A stretch of DNA of 30,556 nucleotides from a virus (lineage: Duplodnaviria > Caudoviricetes). Location: positions 1 to 30,556 of IMG/VR virus record IMGVR_UViG_3300032312_000364, one strand, 5' to 3'. A model generated the notes under the pieces. That model ran no database searches and had not been told where the DNA came from. It worked only from the letters and a program-made list of their open reading frames with translations. The translations under genes and the position numbers were made by a program. Below, piece by piece: positions 9,134-18,631 of this stretch (the first letter of the stretch is position 1; the number at the start of each line of letters is the position of its first letter).

Positions 9134-10762
9134 TTATTCTTGTGGGTTTACTAAAGCTCTAGCCTCCTCAGGTAATGCCTTGGCAAGTGGTGCTACAGCT
9201 CCACCAGCTTGTGCAATTTGTTGCATTTGTTGCATTTGCATTTGTTGATCTTGTTGTTGTTGTTTCTGTTGTCTAATCGCATTAACTTCTGATTTAGAGT
9301 TTAATACTTTAGCAGGAACACCAACGATGTCAGCTAAGTGTGTTACTAGATTATCAATATTGATATGATCAAATACTGGAGATACTTGTGCAAGTGATCC
9401 AAATATTTCTATAGCTCTCATAATAGATTGTAGTTCAGAAGATCTTTGTGCTTTAGCAAGTGGTGATACATATTCAATTTGAATATCTACACCTGATAAA
9501 AAATCTGGTGCTGGTTTAAATAATTTCTTTCTAAGTAATATTGCAAAAGTTCTATCAATTAATGGTCTTAATAATTCTGATTGTAATCTTCCTAGAACTG
9601 GACCAAGCAATCTCATCTTCTCTTCGTTACGTTGTACAACTTCTGTTGCAGTCATTTGTGGACCAGATTGCATCATTAATTGATTTACATAAAACGTATC
9701 TCTAATAGCATTTCTTCTTTGCTCTTCCATGTTTAAACCTAATGGATTATTTGCACCAATGTTTAATGGTTCAATTCTATCTCTAGTTCCTGCTCTGTAG
9801 AAATTTAAACCACCTGGTACTGTTCTTACTGGTAAAATAAATCCATCGTCAGGAACTAATAAAGGAGGATCAACTTGTTTCTGAGCTGCTTTGATTGTCG
9901 TCTTAGACATTTCATTTAACATCTTTACATCTGGCAATGCAGTCATTGCAGGTGATCTTCCATAAATTTCAAATGATGCTTTTAAATAACGTGGTACTAC
10001 ATAAGGGAACTCATTAAATCCTGATTGAGAAATTTCGTGTTTGTTTTCTGGTTCAATATAACAAGATGCGAATGGCATATTCTTGTTATCTTTTTTTCTA
10101 GGATCGTAATTTTCTCTTGGATATACAACGTGAAGAATTGTAATTTCTTCATAAGGATCTTTTAATGCAATACCTCTAGTTGTTTTAGAAACATTATTTT
10201 CGCCAAATTGCATTATACATGCACGAGCTGTTAATTTAAATTTTCTAAATACTGTATCTACTTTTCCTTTATTGTTTTCTGATATGTAAACTTCACCAAT
10301 GTGTCTTGTAGAAAATCTAACAATATCTTCTTCATCTTCTTCAATGTACATTGCTGCTGTACCGAAAGTAATTAGATCGTGATATAGTTCAAATATTTCT
10401 TGTTGGAAATTAGATCTGTTAAATGCTTCATACATTTTTTCTGTTGAATCTTCTAACCATTCCTTTGCTGCATCTTCATCTACTAAATCTATATTTTTAA
10501 ATTTTAATGAGAACCAAGGTGTAGATGGGTTAGTAAGCATACCATGTAGAGATGCTGATAATAATTCAACTGCATGGAGTGGTGATGAATCAAATATTAA
10601 TTCAGATCTTTTATCTCCTTGTGATCTTTTTTTAGTTACATCTGCTTTTCTTGGCATCATGTAATCTGACACTTCTTGCCAATGCGATTCCCAAGTTTGA
10701 CGTTGTGTTACTAATTTTCCAAATCTCTTTAAGAGATCTTTTACTAAATCTGTTTCAGCCAT
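9134..10762 (-). CDS. Portal protein (head-tail connector)
   Basis: 542 aa with SNF..E, FGTA, YGRSPAM.ALPD, MTATEV, LGPVLGRL and YVSPLAKAQ motifs. Confidence 0.95.
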   Translation of the reverse strand: MAETDLVKDLLKRFGKLVTQRQTWESHWQEVSDYMMPRKADVTKKRSQGDKRSELIFDSSPLHAVELLSASLHGMLTNPSTPWFSLKFKNIDLVDEDAAKEWLEDSTEKMYEAFNRSNFQQEIFELYHDLITFGTAAMYIEEDEEDIVRFSTRHIGEVYISENNKGKVDTVFRKFKLTARACIMQFGENNVSKTTRGIALKDPYEEITILHVVYPRENYDPRKKDNKNMPFASCYIEPENKHEISQSGFNEFPYVVPRYLKASFEIYGRSPAMTALPDVKMLNEMSKTTIKAAQKQVDPPLLVPDDGFILPVRTVPGGLNFYRAGTRDRIEPLNIGANNPLGLNMEEQRRNAIRDTFYVNQLMMQSGPQMTATEVVQRNEEKMRLLGPVLGRLQSELLRPLIDRTFAILLRKKLFKPAPDFLSGVDIQIEYVSPLAKAQRSSELQSIMRAIEIFGSLAQVSPVFDHINIDNLVTHLADIVGVPAKVLNSKSEVNAIRQQKQQQQDQQMQMQQMQQIAQAGGAVAPLAKALPEEARALVNPQE

Positions 10763-10765
10763 TTA

Positions 10766-11020
10766 TTATCCTAGCAATGTTGGTGTGCCTAAAGTTGCAC
10801 CTTCTTGAATGCCTGTAGATCCTGTTAATATAGTTGGAGATCTACCACGTCTTCTTCTTTTAATTCCTGTAGCGTCAGTTGTTGTTGCTTGATCTACTTC
10901 TGCAGTAGTTGGTGATATTGCTTTTGTTCCTTGAATTTGTTTTACAGAATCTCCAAAAGTATTAGCACCAGTCATAGCAGTAATTTGTGGTGGACTTGGT
11001 TTAGATATTACTCCACCCAT
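10766..11020 (-). CDS. Small virion-associated protein
   Basis: RRRGRSPTILTG...TLLG C-terminus; upstream of portal. Confidence 0.7.
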   Translation of the reverse strand: MGGVISKPSPPQITAMTGANTFGDSVKQIQGTKAISPTTAEVDQATTTDATGIKRRRRGRSPTILTGSTGIQEGATLGTPTLLG

Positions 11021-11021
11021 A

Positions 11022-11234
11022 TTACATTCCTAATAAACTTTTTTTCTCAGTAGTTGCTTCTTCAACTAATGGAGATGTTAATATTGTACTTGCTCTGCCT
11101 TTTCTTCTTCTTTGAATTTCATCTTGCTCAGCTTTTATTTTTGCCTGTTCTTCTTCTGACAACTTAGTAGAAGGCGGTTCAGGTAAAGGTTGCACTGGTG
11201 GCAACGCTGGCATTTTTGGCGATAAGAATCCCAT
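11022..11234 (-). CDS. Small virion-associated protein, paralog of 10766..11020
   Basis: Pro-rich N-terminus, RRKGRASTILTS...KSLLG. Confidence 0.7.
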   Translation of the reverse strand: MGFLSPKMPALPPVQPLPEPPSTKLSEEEQAKIKAEQDEIQRRRKGRASTILTSPLVEEATTEKKSLLGM

Positions 11235-11246
11235 ATATAAAAAATC

Positions 11247-12557
11247 CTATATTATTTTGTACTCACTATCTGCTACACTTTGCGGTGCAGATTGTCTAGT
11301 ATTTATTTCTTGGATTCCAACTGCAAGGTAACGCATAGCATCACAAGCGTGTGAACTCCAATCATGTACAGGCTTAGATCTAAACATTCTGTTTTTATCT
11401 ATAAACTTCCTATGGTAGTGTCTTAACGCATCTATAAGTTTTTTGCAATGGTCTGTATCAATCCAACATCTAGGTAGTAACATTGTGGTTGCATGGATGC
11501 CATCTTCAAATGGAATTTTAGGAACTACTTTAAAATTTACACCTAATTGATAAGCAACCTCACGTCTTGTTTTACCATTACCAAAATCTGTAACTTCAAT
11601 ATCGTGTGGTGCGAAATGATCTTTATAAACGTAATCTTTAGTTTGTAGCATTTGAACATAGTGTGGTAACCCTTGACCACGTTCTTCATAGTAATCTATT
11701 ATATTAATTGCTCTTCCCATTTGTTGAAAGAATATAACTGCTGAATGATCTGACACGCCTAGATCCCACGCAGTAGATACAGGTAGTGATGGATCATAAG
11801 GAACTCTTGTTAGCTGCCTAGCATCTTCTATCTTAGTTATAACATCTCCATAAACAGCACCTTCTATATTCGCAATCCAATCGCATTCAAATTCTTGTAG
11901 GTATTTCTTTTCACCCATTACTTTCTTTGCGGCTTCTAATTCTGATTGATCAACTATATTTGTTTGAGATGCTTTAGCTTTATAATGAAACCATTGTTTA
12001 TCACCTTGTGCGTGTTGGAATAATTCATAGAAGTTATTATTAGTTCCTTGTGGTGTTCCAATAAATACGCACCATCCTTTTCTATCTGATAATGCTGGTC
12101 TTATAATTTCTGTAAATAACTTACCTTGTACGTTTGCATACTCATCAATAACGCAACCATCTAAATAGATACCTCGTAATCCATCTGAGTTCTCTGAACC
12201 TAATAATGTTATTCTAGCTCCATTAGGAAGATCGCATCGTAATTCTGTTTCATTAAATTTAACTCCAGGTATTAATGATGTGTATTGTTTCATATAATCC
12301 CAAGCAATAGATTTAGCTTGTTTGAAGGTGGGTGCTATGTAGGCGTATCTAGGTGCTTTGTTAGTAGAACGTAGTGCTGACATTAGTAGATGATTAATCA
12401 TACATACTGTTTTGCCAAACCTTCTATGGCAGACTAATACTGACCAGCGATATTTCTTCATATTAAAATGAAGTTCAATTTGTTTTTCTCTTGGGTAGTA
12501 TGGAATCTTGTATTGTATTGTACCGCTGTTAATTACTGTTTCTGTAATCGTTGTCAT
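11247..12557 (-). CDS. terL: Terminase large subunit
   Basis: Walker A (HRRFGKT), LRG + Walker B (VIDE), GTP motif III, QEFEC, nuclease WDLG and HACDAMRY. Confidence 0.96.
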   Translation of the reverse strand: MTTITETVINSGTIQYKIPYYPREKQIELHFNMKKYRWSVLVCHRRFGKTVCMINHLLMSALRSTNKAPRYAYIAPTFKQAKSIAWDYMKQYTSLIPGVKFNETELRCDLPNGARITLLGSENSDGLRGIYLDGCVIDEYANVQGKLFTEIIRPALSDRKGWCVFIGTPQGTNNNFYELFQHAQGDKQWFHYKAKASQTNIVDQSELEAAKKVMGEKKYLQEFECDWIANIEGAVYGDVITKIEDARQLTRVPYDPSLPVSTAWDLGVSDHSAVIFFQQMGRAINIIDYYEERGQGLPHYVQMLQTKDYVYKDHFAPHDIEVTDFGNGKTRREVAYQLGVNFKVVPKIPFEDGIHATTMLLPRCWIDTDHCKKLIDALRHYHRKFIDKNRMFRSKPVHDWSSHACDAMRYLAVGIQEINTRQSAPQSVADSEYKII

Positions 12558-12772
12558 TAGTGAATCGCTTTAGATTGTTCATTGCTTATAATTGCATTCT
12601 CAATATTTAATAACATCATTAACCAAGAACTAAATATTGCTGAGTGTTCTTTGTTTTGTAATCCTGTGAACTTAACTGTTATTGAATTATCTTTCTCAAT
12701 ATAAACAACTGCTTTTACATTTGCTGTATAAAAGTCATTGTCATCATCATCTTGGTACATTGATCTGTTCAT
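12557..12772 (-). CDS. Hypothetical protein coupled to terL
   Basis: 71 aa; TAATG overlap with terL. Confidence 0.7.
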   Translation of the reverse strand: MNRSMYQDDDDNDFYTANVKAVVYIEKDNSITVKFTGLQNKEHSAIFSSWLMMLLNIENAIISNEQSKAIH

Positions 12773-13430
12773 ATACTATTAGTAGTATTTTAATATTATA
12801 TTAAGGTTGGTCAGGCAAAGAAAAAAGGTGGTGGGTTGTTTGTGGATATACCCATTATGAGTTAGCGATTTTGTGTGTGGCGAAGATTCTGTGTGGTGAA
12901 CTGACTGTGGCTCAAAGTGAGTTCTCTAGTCCCATGTATATATATATACTGATCGGCGGCTCAACTGGCGGTGGTATGGGGTGTATGCAATCTGAAATTG
13001 TGCGACTTCCTACATGACTAAATAGTTTACACCAATAACTAATAACTTATCGCTGTAAATTTAATTACAACCAATGCAATATAGTGTTGTATTAATATCA
13101 CAGTGTTGCATATCCGCTACACATAACACACGTTTTAAATGTAATTGGTTGCATAGATAAATAGGAACTTTATCACATGTTTTATAATGTTTAATGTTTA
13201 TACTTACTCACACAAGCAATCGTTGTTAATTGCTTTAATGTATTCTTAATGATCTTCTTTAATTCTGTTTATTCAATCTCTAAGTTAATCTGTGAATAGT
13301 TTTGTTTATCATTTCTTTTCTTATTAATTCTTTTCTTTTTGTCTTCCTTTTCTTTTAACCGCATAAAACAAAGCTTTAAAAATAAATCTATTTAATTTCA
13401 ATAGTTTAATAATTTAATTAAAAATAATAG
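12773..13430. other. Long non-coding region; candidate genome terminus/packaging or origin region
   Basis: No convincing ORF. Contains a G-rich stretch, a (TA)6 palindrome, 19-bp-period repeats and a pyrimidine tract. Transcription diverges here. Confidence 0.45.
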
Positions 13431-13459
13431 TTTACATTAATATTATTATAGCCTATATG
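13431..13459 (+). promoter_or_regulatory. Sigma70-type early promoter
   Basis: TTTACA-17-TATATG, with an AT-rich region upstream. Confidence 0.55.
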
Positions 13460-13490
13460 GTTATTATAACAAACAATGAAAGGTAATACA

Positions 13491-13865
13491 ATGAAACTAC
13501 ATCACACTAAATACAAACAAAACTATAAAAACTATATTCTTAATTGCATAGAATTAGATTGCAATGGAAACGTAATAAAAACAGATGAAGATAAAATCAA
13601 TTATATATTTGATCGTTTTTATTCTGAATATAAATGGAACATTGAAAGAATTGGTAAATATAGATCAATGACTGAATGGTTGTCTGGTTTAGCTTTAGAT
13701 ATTCCATTCTATTATGAAGATATAATTAAGCTAGCTATAGAAATGGGTTCTTTAGATGCTAACGCTAGCGATAAGTTAAAAGAAAAAGTTCAAGAAAATT
13801 ACTTTGCTTTTATGGCTAATGTAATTCTTAGCTTTGAACCTAAACAATTAAAACAAGTAGCATAA
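13491..13865 (+). CDS. Early hypothetical protein
   Basis: The track ORF starts at 13476, but the GAAAGG RBS points to ATG 13491. EWLSGL motif. Confidence 0.8.
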   Translation: MKLHHTKYKQNYKNYILNCIELDCNGNVIKTDEDKINYIFDRFYSEYKWNIERIGKYRSMTEWLSGLALDIPFYYEDIIKLAIEMGSLDANASDKLKEKVQENYFAFMANVILSFEPKQLKQVA

Positions 13866-13872
13866 TTAACTA

Positions 13873-13902
13873 TTGACAATATGGTTATTAATATACTATC
13901 AT
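13873..13902 (+). promoter_or_regulatory. Sigma70-type early promoter
   Basis: TTGACA-18-TATCAT. Confidence 0.6.
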
Positions 13903-13935
13903 CAACTAAACAAATAACTTTGAAAGGGTTATACA

Positions 13936-14106
13936 ATGAAAACATTTAAACTAATCTATGAAGAAACAATATTGTATGAAAAAATCATAGATGCTAAAAA
14001 TATAGAAGATGCACGAGAAGAATTGGCTAGCGAAGTTGCTGACTTATCAACTTGGCAAATTAAATACACTGACAGTCAATACAACGAAGTTATGGAGGTT
14101 GTTTAA
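13936..14106 (+). CDS. Small acidic early protein (56 aa; not in ORF track)
   Basis: MKTFKLIYEETILYEKIIDAKNIEDAREELAS...; RBS GAAAGGG. Confidence 0.75.
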   Translation: MKTFKLIYEETILYEKIIDAKNIEDAREELASEVADLSTWQIKYTDSQYNEVMEVV

Positions 14107-14225
14107 TGTTTAATAGATCAGACTTAAACGCTTTATTAGCAACAGTTATAATTATTCTACTTGGCTACGGAGTAATGCACTTGCTTATATTCCTAGATGA
14201 ATATTATAAACTGTCAATTTATTAA
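14106..14225 (+). CDS. Small membrane peptide (39 aa; not in ORF track)
   Basis: MFNRSDLNALLATVIIILLGYGVMHLLIFLDEYYKLSIY; GGAGG RBS; TAATG coupling. Confidence 0.7.
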   Translation: MFNRSDLNALLATVIIILLGYGVMHLLIFLDEYYKLSIY

Positions 14226-14243
14226 CTAATGAAAGGTAAAAAC

Positions 14244-14438
14244 ATGACTGACCACAAATGCGAACTGTGTAAATTAGAAAATAATTTAGATGATGGCTAT
14301 CTTAATATTGCTGAAATTTGCTACGCTGAAGATAAAGTTGTCGAACATTTTGAAAATCAATATGGCGTTGATCTTCAAAATTTTTGGTGTTTCAAGTGTG
14401 CTGATAAAACAATAAGACAACTGGAGGAGATAGCTTAA
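14244..14438 (+). CDS. Small zinc-finger-like protein
   Basis: CxxC (CELC) and CxxC (CFKC). GAAAGG RBS suggests start 14244 rather than 14229. Confidence 0.7.
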   Translation: MTDHKCELCKLENNLDDGYLNIAEICYAEDKVVEHFENQYGVDLQNFWCFKCADKTIRQLEEIA

Positions 14439-14665
14439 TGATTAAATACCAAGTTGAAGAAGACTTTCTATGTGGTGGATGGGAAAACGTAGAAACAGAT
14501 GGTGATGGTAACAAAGTTTACTATGAAACCGAACAGTAAGCACAAGACAACATTAATCAATTCGTTAAAGAATGGAATGATGAAGTTGATAATGGTAATA
14601 ATGAACATGGTGATCATTATAATGTTGATAATTTTAGAGTTGTAAAAATAGAGGTAAAATCATGA
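14438..14665 (+). pseudogene. Early gene interrupted by an in-frame TAA
   Basis: 76-codon frame coupled at both ends (TAATG, ATGA) with a GGAGGAG RBS. Single TAA at 14537-14539 (ETEQ*AQD). Confidence 0.7.
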
Positions 14666-14862
14666 CATCAATACAACAACTACAAGAGCATATAAAAAGA
14701 TTAAACGATGAAAAACTATTAAACCAATTTGATCTTTATAATACATACCAAGTAAAAGATATTAAAGAGGTTGTTTATTATCGTTTAGTTGAGTGTGAAC
14801 TAGAAAACAGAAGACTACTAACACACAAACTAATGGAGGATGATTACGAATATGCAGAATAA
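14662..14862 (+). CDS. Hypothetical protein
   Basis: 66 aa; GAGG RBS. Confidence 0.7.
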   Translation: MTSIQQLQEHIKRLNDEKLLNQFDLYNTYQVKDIKEVVYYRLVECELENRRLLTHKLMEDDYEYAE

Positions 14863-15133
14863 AAAAACAATAATATTAAATGGCTTGGATGTTGTGACCA
14901 ATAGAAAAATGATCAGCATTAAACTTCCTGTATGGAAGAAGTTAATTAGCTGCTCAAGACATGAAAACATAACAATAACTAAGTTAATAGATAAGTTAAT
15001 CAGTAAATATATTGAGGATAATAATTACGATATAGAAAAAATATTTAATGATAACTTAGAAGTAAAACAAGACGTATTAACTAGCTTAATTGATTATAAT
15101 TTTAGTACGCAAGATCAAATAGAATATAAATAA
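14840..15133 (+). CDS. Possible ribbon-helix-helix DNA-binding protein
   Basis: RKMISIKLPVWKKL...ITITKLIDKLI fits a beta-strand/helix/helix pattern. True start may be 14852. Confidence 0.5.
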   Translation: MITNMQNKKTIILNGLDVVTNRKMISIKLPVWKKLISCSRHENITITKLIDKLISKYIEDNNYDIEKIFNDNLEVKQDVLTSLIDYNFSTQDQIEYK

Positions 15134-15643
15134 TTACTGATCAATTATATCTGGCTTGGCTTGGTTTATCTCTTCGTATTTATTATATTGAGCCTCAAGG
15201 GTCGGTGAATCTAGCCAAGAAACGACTATGTTATTAACTGTTCCTTTGTTTACCATGTCTTTGCCTTTGCTTCCGTAAATGTCTGTTAATTTTTCTCCTA
15301 GCCACATTAAGAACTTGGTTTTCTCACGAAGAAACATAATTGTTTGAGGATCTGGGATATTATCAGTTGATGAATAGATATTAATTAATTTTTCAACGAG
15401 TGTCTGAACTCCTATCTTTCTTGCCTCTTCAAATCTTTCTTTTAATTCTTTATTCTCTGGCTTTCTTAACTGACTGTAGAATGACATCAAGCTGATCTGA
15501 TAAATATTGTTTGGCTTTAATAGCTCTGATACCTGAACTCCTGCGTAGATTTGCTCTATGAATGTATCGGCTAGTGTAGGATTGCTCAATAAGTTTTGGC
15601 TTGATTTTTCCGTAATAATATTGCTCGGCTTTGTTTCTGTCAT
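15134..15643 (-). CDS. terS: Terminase small subunit-like protein (Sf6 gp1-type)
   Basis: HTH-like N-terminus, ELKERFEEAR, LREKTKFLMWLGEKL..IYG and a C-terminal beta strand (IVVSW). Confidence 0.65.
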   Translation of the reverse strand: MTETKPSNIITEKSSQNLLSNPTLADTFIEQIYAGVQVSELLKPNNIYQISLMSFYSQLRKPENKELKERFEEARKIGVQTLVEKLINIYSSTDNIPDPQTIMFLREKTKFLMWLGEKLTDIYGSKGKDMVNKGTVNNIVVSWLDSPTLEAQYNKYEEINQAKPDIIDQ

Positions 15644-15902
15644 TGTTAAATTGCTTTAGTTTTTGGAGAACTGTTATCCTACTTTCATCATCATATCCAG
15701 ACTTTTTAAAACCACCCTTACCTGCTCTATCTTTGAAACCGAAGTAGTCTGTATTACCTCCACCATGAAACCTACATTTATAAATGTTATTACTTTGCTT
15801 ATCAAACTTACCTGTTGGATAGCCTTTTGCAAGGCAAGGTTTGTTACCCCTGTGTTTAGACACACCCATACAAAAGATCTTTCGGCTTGGTCTTCCTCCC
15901 AT
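15450..15902 (-). CDS. HGGxSTG-type Cys/His domain protein
   Basis: C..SK...KPC...CRFHGGGNT. Coupled to the initiator gene and overlaps terS by 194 nt. Confidence 0.7.
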   Translation of the reverse strand: MGGRPSRKIFCMGVSKHRGNKPCLAKGYPTGKFDKQSNNIYKCRFHGGGNTDYFGFKDRAGKGGFKKSGYDDESRITVLQKLKQFNNDRNKAEQYYYGKIKPKLIEQSYTSRYIHRANLRRSSGIRAIKAKQYLSDQLDVILQSVKKARE

Positions 15903-16660
15903 TAAAATTTATTCTTCTTCATCTCCCATGGCTTGATACCATTAGCCTTATTATATTTAACACGAGCAACGTACCTTTCACTTCTCTGCTTACCATTGGA
16001 TTGAAGAGCTTCTGTTATCTTTTGTTTAGCAATAACTTCAGGCAGTAATTTTTTTTGGCGTAGCTCTTGCTGTTTATAATCCAACACTAACTTCATATAC
16101 CATTTATAAGTTGGGTTATTTAATAGCTTGTTAGTATCGGCAGGGGATAGACCATTTAGAAACCTATACAATGTACTAATCAATACATCTTTATCGTTCT
16201 TATACTTGTTTATTATATCATCTACTCTTTTATCATTATCCATTTTATTATTAGAATTATCTTTATTAAGATATATACTAAAGTTATCTTTCTTAATACC
16301 AGTCAGCCTGACTGCACCAATCAGTCCCCCTGACGTATCACTCACGTCACCCTGACTGCTACCTACCATTAAAACAGGGTTAAGTTTATATAAATTAGTA
16401 GAAGAAAGACGCTTCTTTTTAAGCAATCCAAGCGACACCATTAACTTAATTCTGCGGTAAATTGTAGCCTTAGATATACCAAGAAGGCTGTGCATAAGAG
16501 CAAGACGTGGGTAGCACTCACCTGTCTTCTGATTTGAGTACCTTAAAAGCACAACAAGTATCGCTAGGCAATCGGCTTTATTCCTACCTGCCAAGCCTAA
16601 GAATATATCGTTTTTAAATAGACTTACAGGCACTCGTATATGACTTGTGTATTTACCCAT
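15902..16660 (-). CDS. Replication initiator-like protein with N-terminal winged HTH
   Basis: LLRYSNQKTGECYP...LGISKATIYRRIKLM...TNLY (HTH_36-type pattern). Confidence 0.7.
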   Translation of the reverse strand: MGKYTSHIRVPVSLFKNDIFLGLAGRNKADCLAILVVLLRYSNQKTGECYPRLALMHSLLGISKATIYRRIKLMVSLGLLKKKRLSSTNLYKLNPVLMVGSSQGDVSDTSGGLIGAVRLTGIKKDNFSIYLNKDNSNNKMDNDKRVDDIINKYKNDKDVLISTLYRFLNGLSPADTNKLLNNPTYKWYMKLVLDYKQQELRQKKLLPEVIAKQKITEALQSNGKQRSERYVARVKYNKANGIKPWEMKKNKF

Positions 16661-16663
16661 ATA

Positions 16664-17065
16664 TTATGTGCATTTATGCTGTTCCCTTAGCCAATTCAAA
16701 TAACCTATATATTCCGCCTCATTTAATTCAACCATAGATCCCTCTGAAATAGGGTCTATTTCTTCTAAAATGGCATTGATTTTTGACACAACAAAGGTTG
16801 GGTGAGCCATACCCTCTATGTTATAATAAACTATATAAGCAGGGATGTTTAATTTAGTACCTACATCAGCAGTTATATAAGCAACTTTGTTATATTTCCC
16901 TACATCATAGGTTGATTCTATAATAGCAATACCATTTCTGCACTTTGAACAATATTCGTAAGAATCTAAATCAATCATCCTAAAAAAGCTGTTATCCTGA
17001 ACTTTCCTATGCCATTCATTGTACCAATTAACTCTTGCTTGATTAAAATAAATATCTTTAGCCAC
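16664..17065 (-). CDS. Hypothetical protein, possible degenerate PD-(D/E)xK fold
   Basis: IDLD..CSKC..IIE pattern. Confidence 0.55.
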   Translation of the reverse strand: MAKDIYFNQARVNWYNEWHRKVQDNSFFRMIDLDSYEYCSKCRNGIAIIESTYDVGKYNKVAYITADVGTKLNIPAYIVYYNIEGMAHPTFVVSKINAILEEIDPISEGSMVELNEAEYIGYLNWLREQHKCT

Positions 17066-17715
17066 TATTTTTTTTCTGTATCTTTATACTCATAATTATA
17101 CTGACCAACTTCTGTTTCTGTTGTAGTCCACTTAGGTTGATCTTCAACACTCCAAACTTTAGTATTAACTAATCTATTAATTAAAGGTGGCTTACTCCAA
17201 TCAACACCCATATTACTGTCAAACACCCTAAGGCGATTATTAGGTTGTATGCTAAAATTACCATTATCCATTTCTATAACATGTCCACACTTGTGTTGAT
17301 CTGGTTTAGAAGCATAACCAAAATCTAATTCATTAAAATCACCCTCAGACCAATCTAATGTGAACATATACTTGCCTAGCTGCGGAGTTTTATCTCGTTG
17401 TAAGAACTTTACTTTAGATCCTGCTAACTGATGAAATGTTGTTACTGAAATATTATAACTAAAAGAATCCCATAAACATAAATCTGATAATGGTTGTTCA
17501 GGTACACCTTCGTCTTGGCAAAATGCTGAGATAGGTGAACGCCACCATATACCACCATCTTCCATAACAAAATTAAATAGAGGAACTTGTTTAGGAATAC
17601 TTGTTACTCCAAATACTACACACCAAAAATATTTATCGTGTGAGTCTTGCTGATCTCTTAAATAGTTTCCTCTTACATAGCATTCTATCAATGGTATGTT
17701 GGCGTTTAAATACAT
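17065..17715 (-). CDS. Conserved phage protein of unknown function
   Basis: 216 aa with YLNANIP, LWDSFS, HKCGH and QPNNR motifs. Confidence 0.8.
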   Translation of the reverse strand: MYLNANIPLIECYVRGNYLRDQQDSHDKYFWCVVFGVTSIPKQVPLFNFVMEDGGIWWRSPISAFCQDEGVPEQPLSDLCLWDSFSYNISVTTFHQLAGSKVKFLQRDKTPQLGKYMFTLDWSEGDFNELDFGYASKPDQHKCGHVIEMDNGNFSIQPNNRLRVFDSNMGVDWSKPPLINRLVNTKVWSVEDQPKWTTTETEVGQYNYEYKDTEKK

Positions 17716-17858
17716 TATTCTTTTTCCCTTTCTTGTTTTAATTGTAGATTGAGAGCTTGCACTTCTTCGTTAAGCCGATCAATTTCTTTTTTAAGTAAGA
17801 CAACTTTCTCGTCATACAATTCTATTACATCTTCAATTTGTAGTTCTTGATCAATCAT
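17715..17858 (-). CDS. Coiled-coil peptide (47 aa; not in ORF track)
   Basis: MIDQELQIEDVIELYDEKVVLLKKEIDRLNEEVQALNLQLKQEREKE. Fills the gap and is coupled to the next gene. Confidence 0.75.
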   Translation of the reverse strand: MIDQELQIEDVIELYDEKVVLLKKEIDRLNEEVQALNLQLKQEREKE

Positions 17859-17859
17859 A

Positions 17860-18051
17860 TTAATGTTTAATTAGTTTAATGTTATAGTCTTCAGCAGGAT
17901 TATAAAATTCAAATCCAAATCTTTCTTCTAATTCTTTTTCAAGATCTTTAGATTCTTCTAGAAGTTTTATTGTTTCAACTTTCATATTATAAAGATTAAT
18001 ATGATCTTCAGGCGATAACATTAGGTAAATATCTTTATCCTTTTTATTCAT
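17860..18051 (-). CDS. Hypothetical protein
   Basis: 63 aa; GGAG RBS. Confidence 0.7.
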   Translation of the reverse strand: MNKKDKDIYLMLSPEDHINLYNMKVETIKLLEESKDLEKELEERFGFEFYNPAEDYNIKLIKH

Positions 18052-18321
18052 TTAGTTCTCCAGTTTTTTAATAGATAAAATTACGCCACGAGGAATTACA
18101 ACACAATCTCCCACATCTAAACTGTCTGAATTAAAACTATATGTTGCAAAAGTTTTTACCCAATCTTTATTCTCTTCATAAAGATAACCTATCGTAGTAC
18201 ACATAGCAGGAACTAAGTCTTTTAAATCTTCCTCAGTATTCCATGCGTTGTCGCAACTGTTTATATCCAGCCAACTTATAATAACTTTATCAAAGTTTAT
18301 GGGTTTCATACCAGCTTTCAT
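18052..18321 (-). CDS. Conserved small phage protein
   Basis: WLD...W...TIGYL...IPRGVI pattern. Confidence 0.7.
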   Translation of the reverse strand: MKAGMKPINFDKVIISWLDINSCDNAWNTEEDLKDLVPAMCTTIGYLYEENKDWVKTFATYSFNSDSLDVGDCVVIPRGVILSIKKLEN

Positions 18322-18517
18322 AAAAGTTATTAGGTTGAATTGATCCCTTAGTTCTTTCAGTTATAACTTTCATAAACTTAGGGTGTGGAATACGCTGACA
18401 ATTTTTCCATCTTAAAATAGTTACTGTTGGATTTGTTCCTGTTAATCCAAATAACTTTGCCAGTTCTTTATTGCTGAGCTTATGATCTTCTTGATACTGC
18501 GTTAGTTTGTGTTTCAT
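18290..18517 (-). CDS. Cro-like HTH transcriptional regulator
   Basis: LSNKELAKLFG...TILRW...RIP...I...TKG.IQPNNF. Near the start of a divergent operon. Confidence 0.8.
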   Translation of the reverse strand: MKHKLTQYQEDHKLSNKELAKLFGLTGTNPTVTILRWKNCQRIPHPKFMKVITERTKGSIQPNNFYESWYETHKL

Positions 18518-18609
18518 TTAGTTTTCCTTTTTATTCTATTACCAAAGCAATCAAACATTCTGTGATACCTCTTTAATAATTTATTTAATTGTGATTTATT
18601 CTTAGTCAT
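18514..18609 (-). CDS. Basic peptide (31 aa; not in ORF track)
   Basis: MTKNKSQLNKLLKRYHRMFDCFGNRIKRKTK; GAAAGG RBS; ATGA overlap with the Cro-like gene. Confidence 0.6.
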   Translation of the reverse strand: MTKNKSQLNKLLKRYHRMFDCFGNRIKRKTK

Positions 18610-18631
18610 ATTTACCTTTCTGTTTTAAACC

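Noticed and set aside
9220-9275. CAA-rich repeat
   Set aside because: Encodes the ordinary Gln-rich portal C-terminus.
13235-13249. CtrA box TTAA-N7-TTAA
   Set aside because: Expected by chance several times in DNA this AT-rich, and not tied to a clear promoter.
13269-13364. 31-codon Lys-rich minus-strand ORF in the non-coding region
   Set aside because: No RBS; explained by the pyrimidine tract.
14537-14539. Genome-wide stop-codon reassignment
   Set aside because: Only one in-frame stop was found; all core genes are intact in the standard code.
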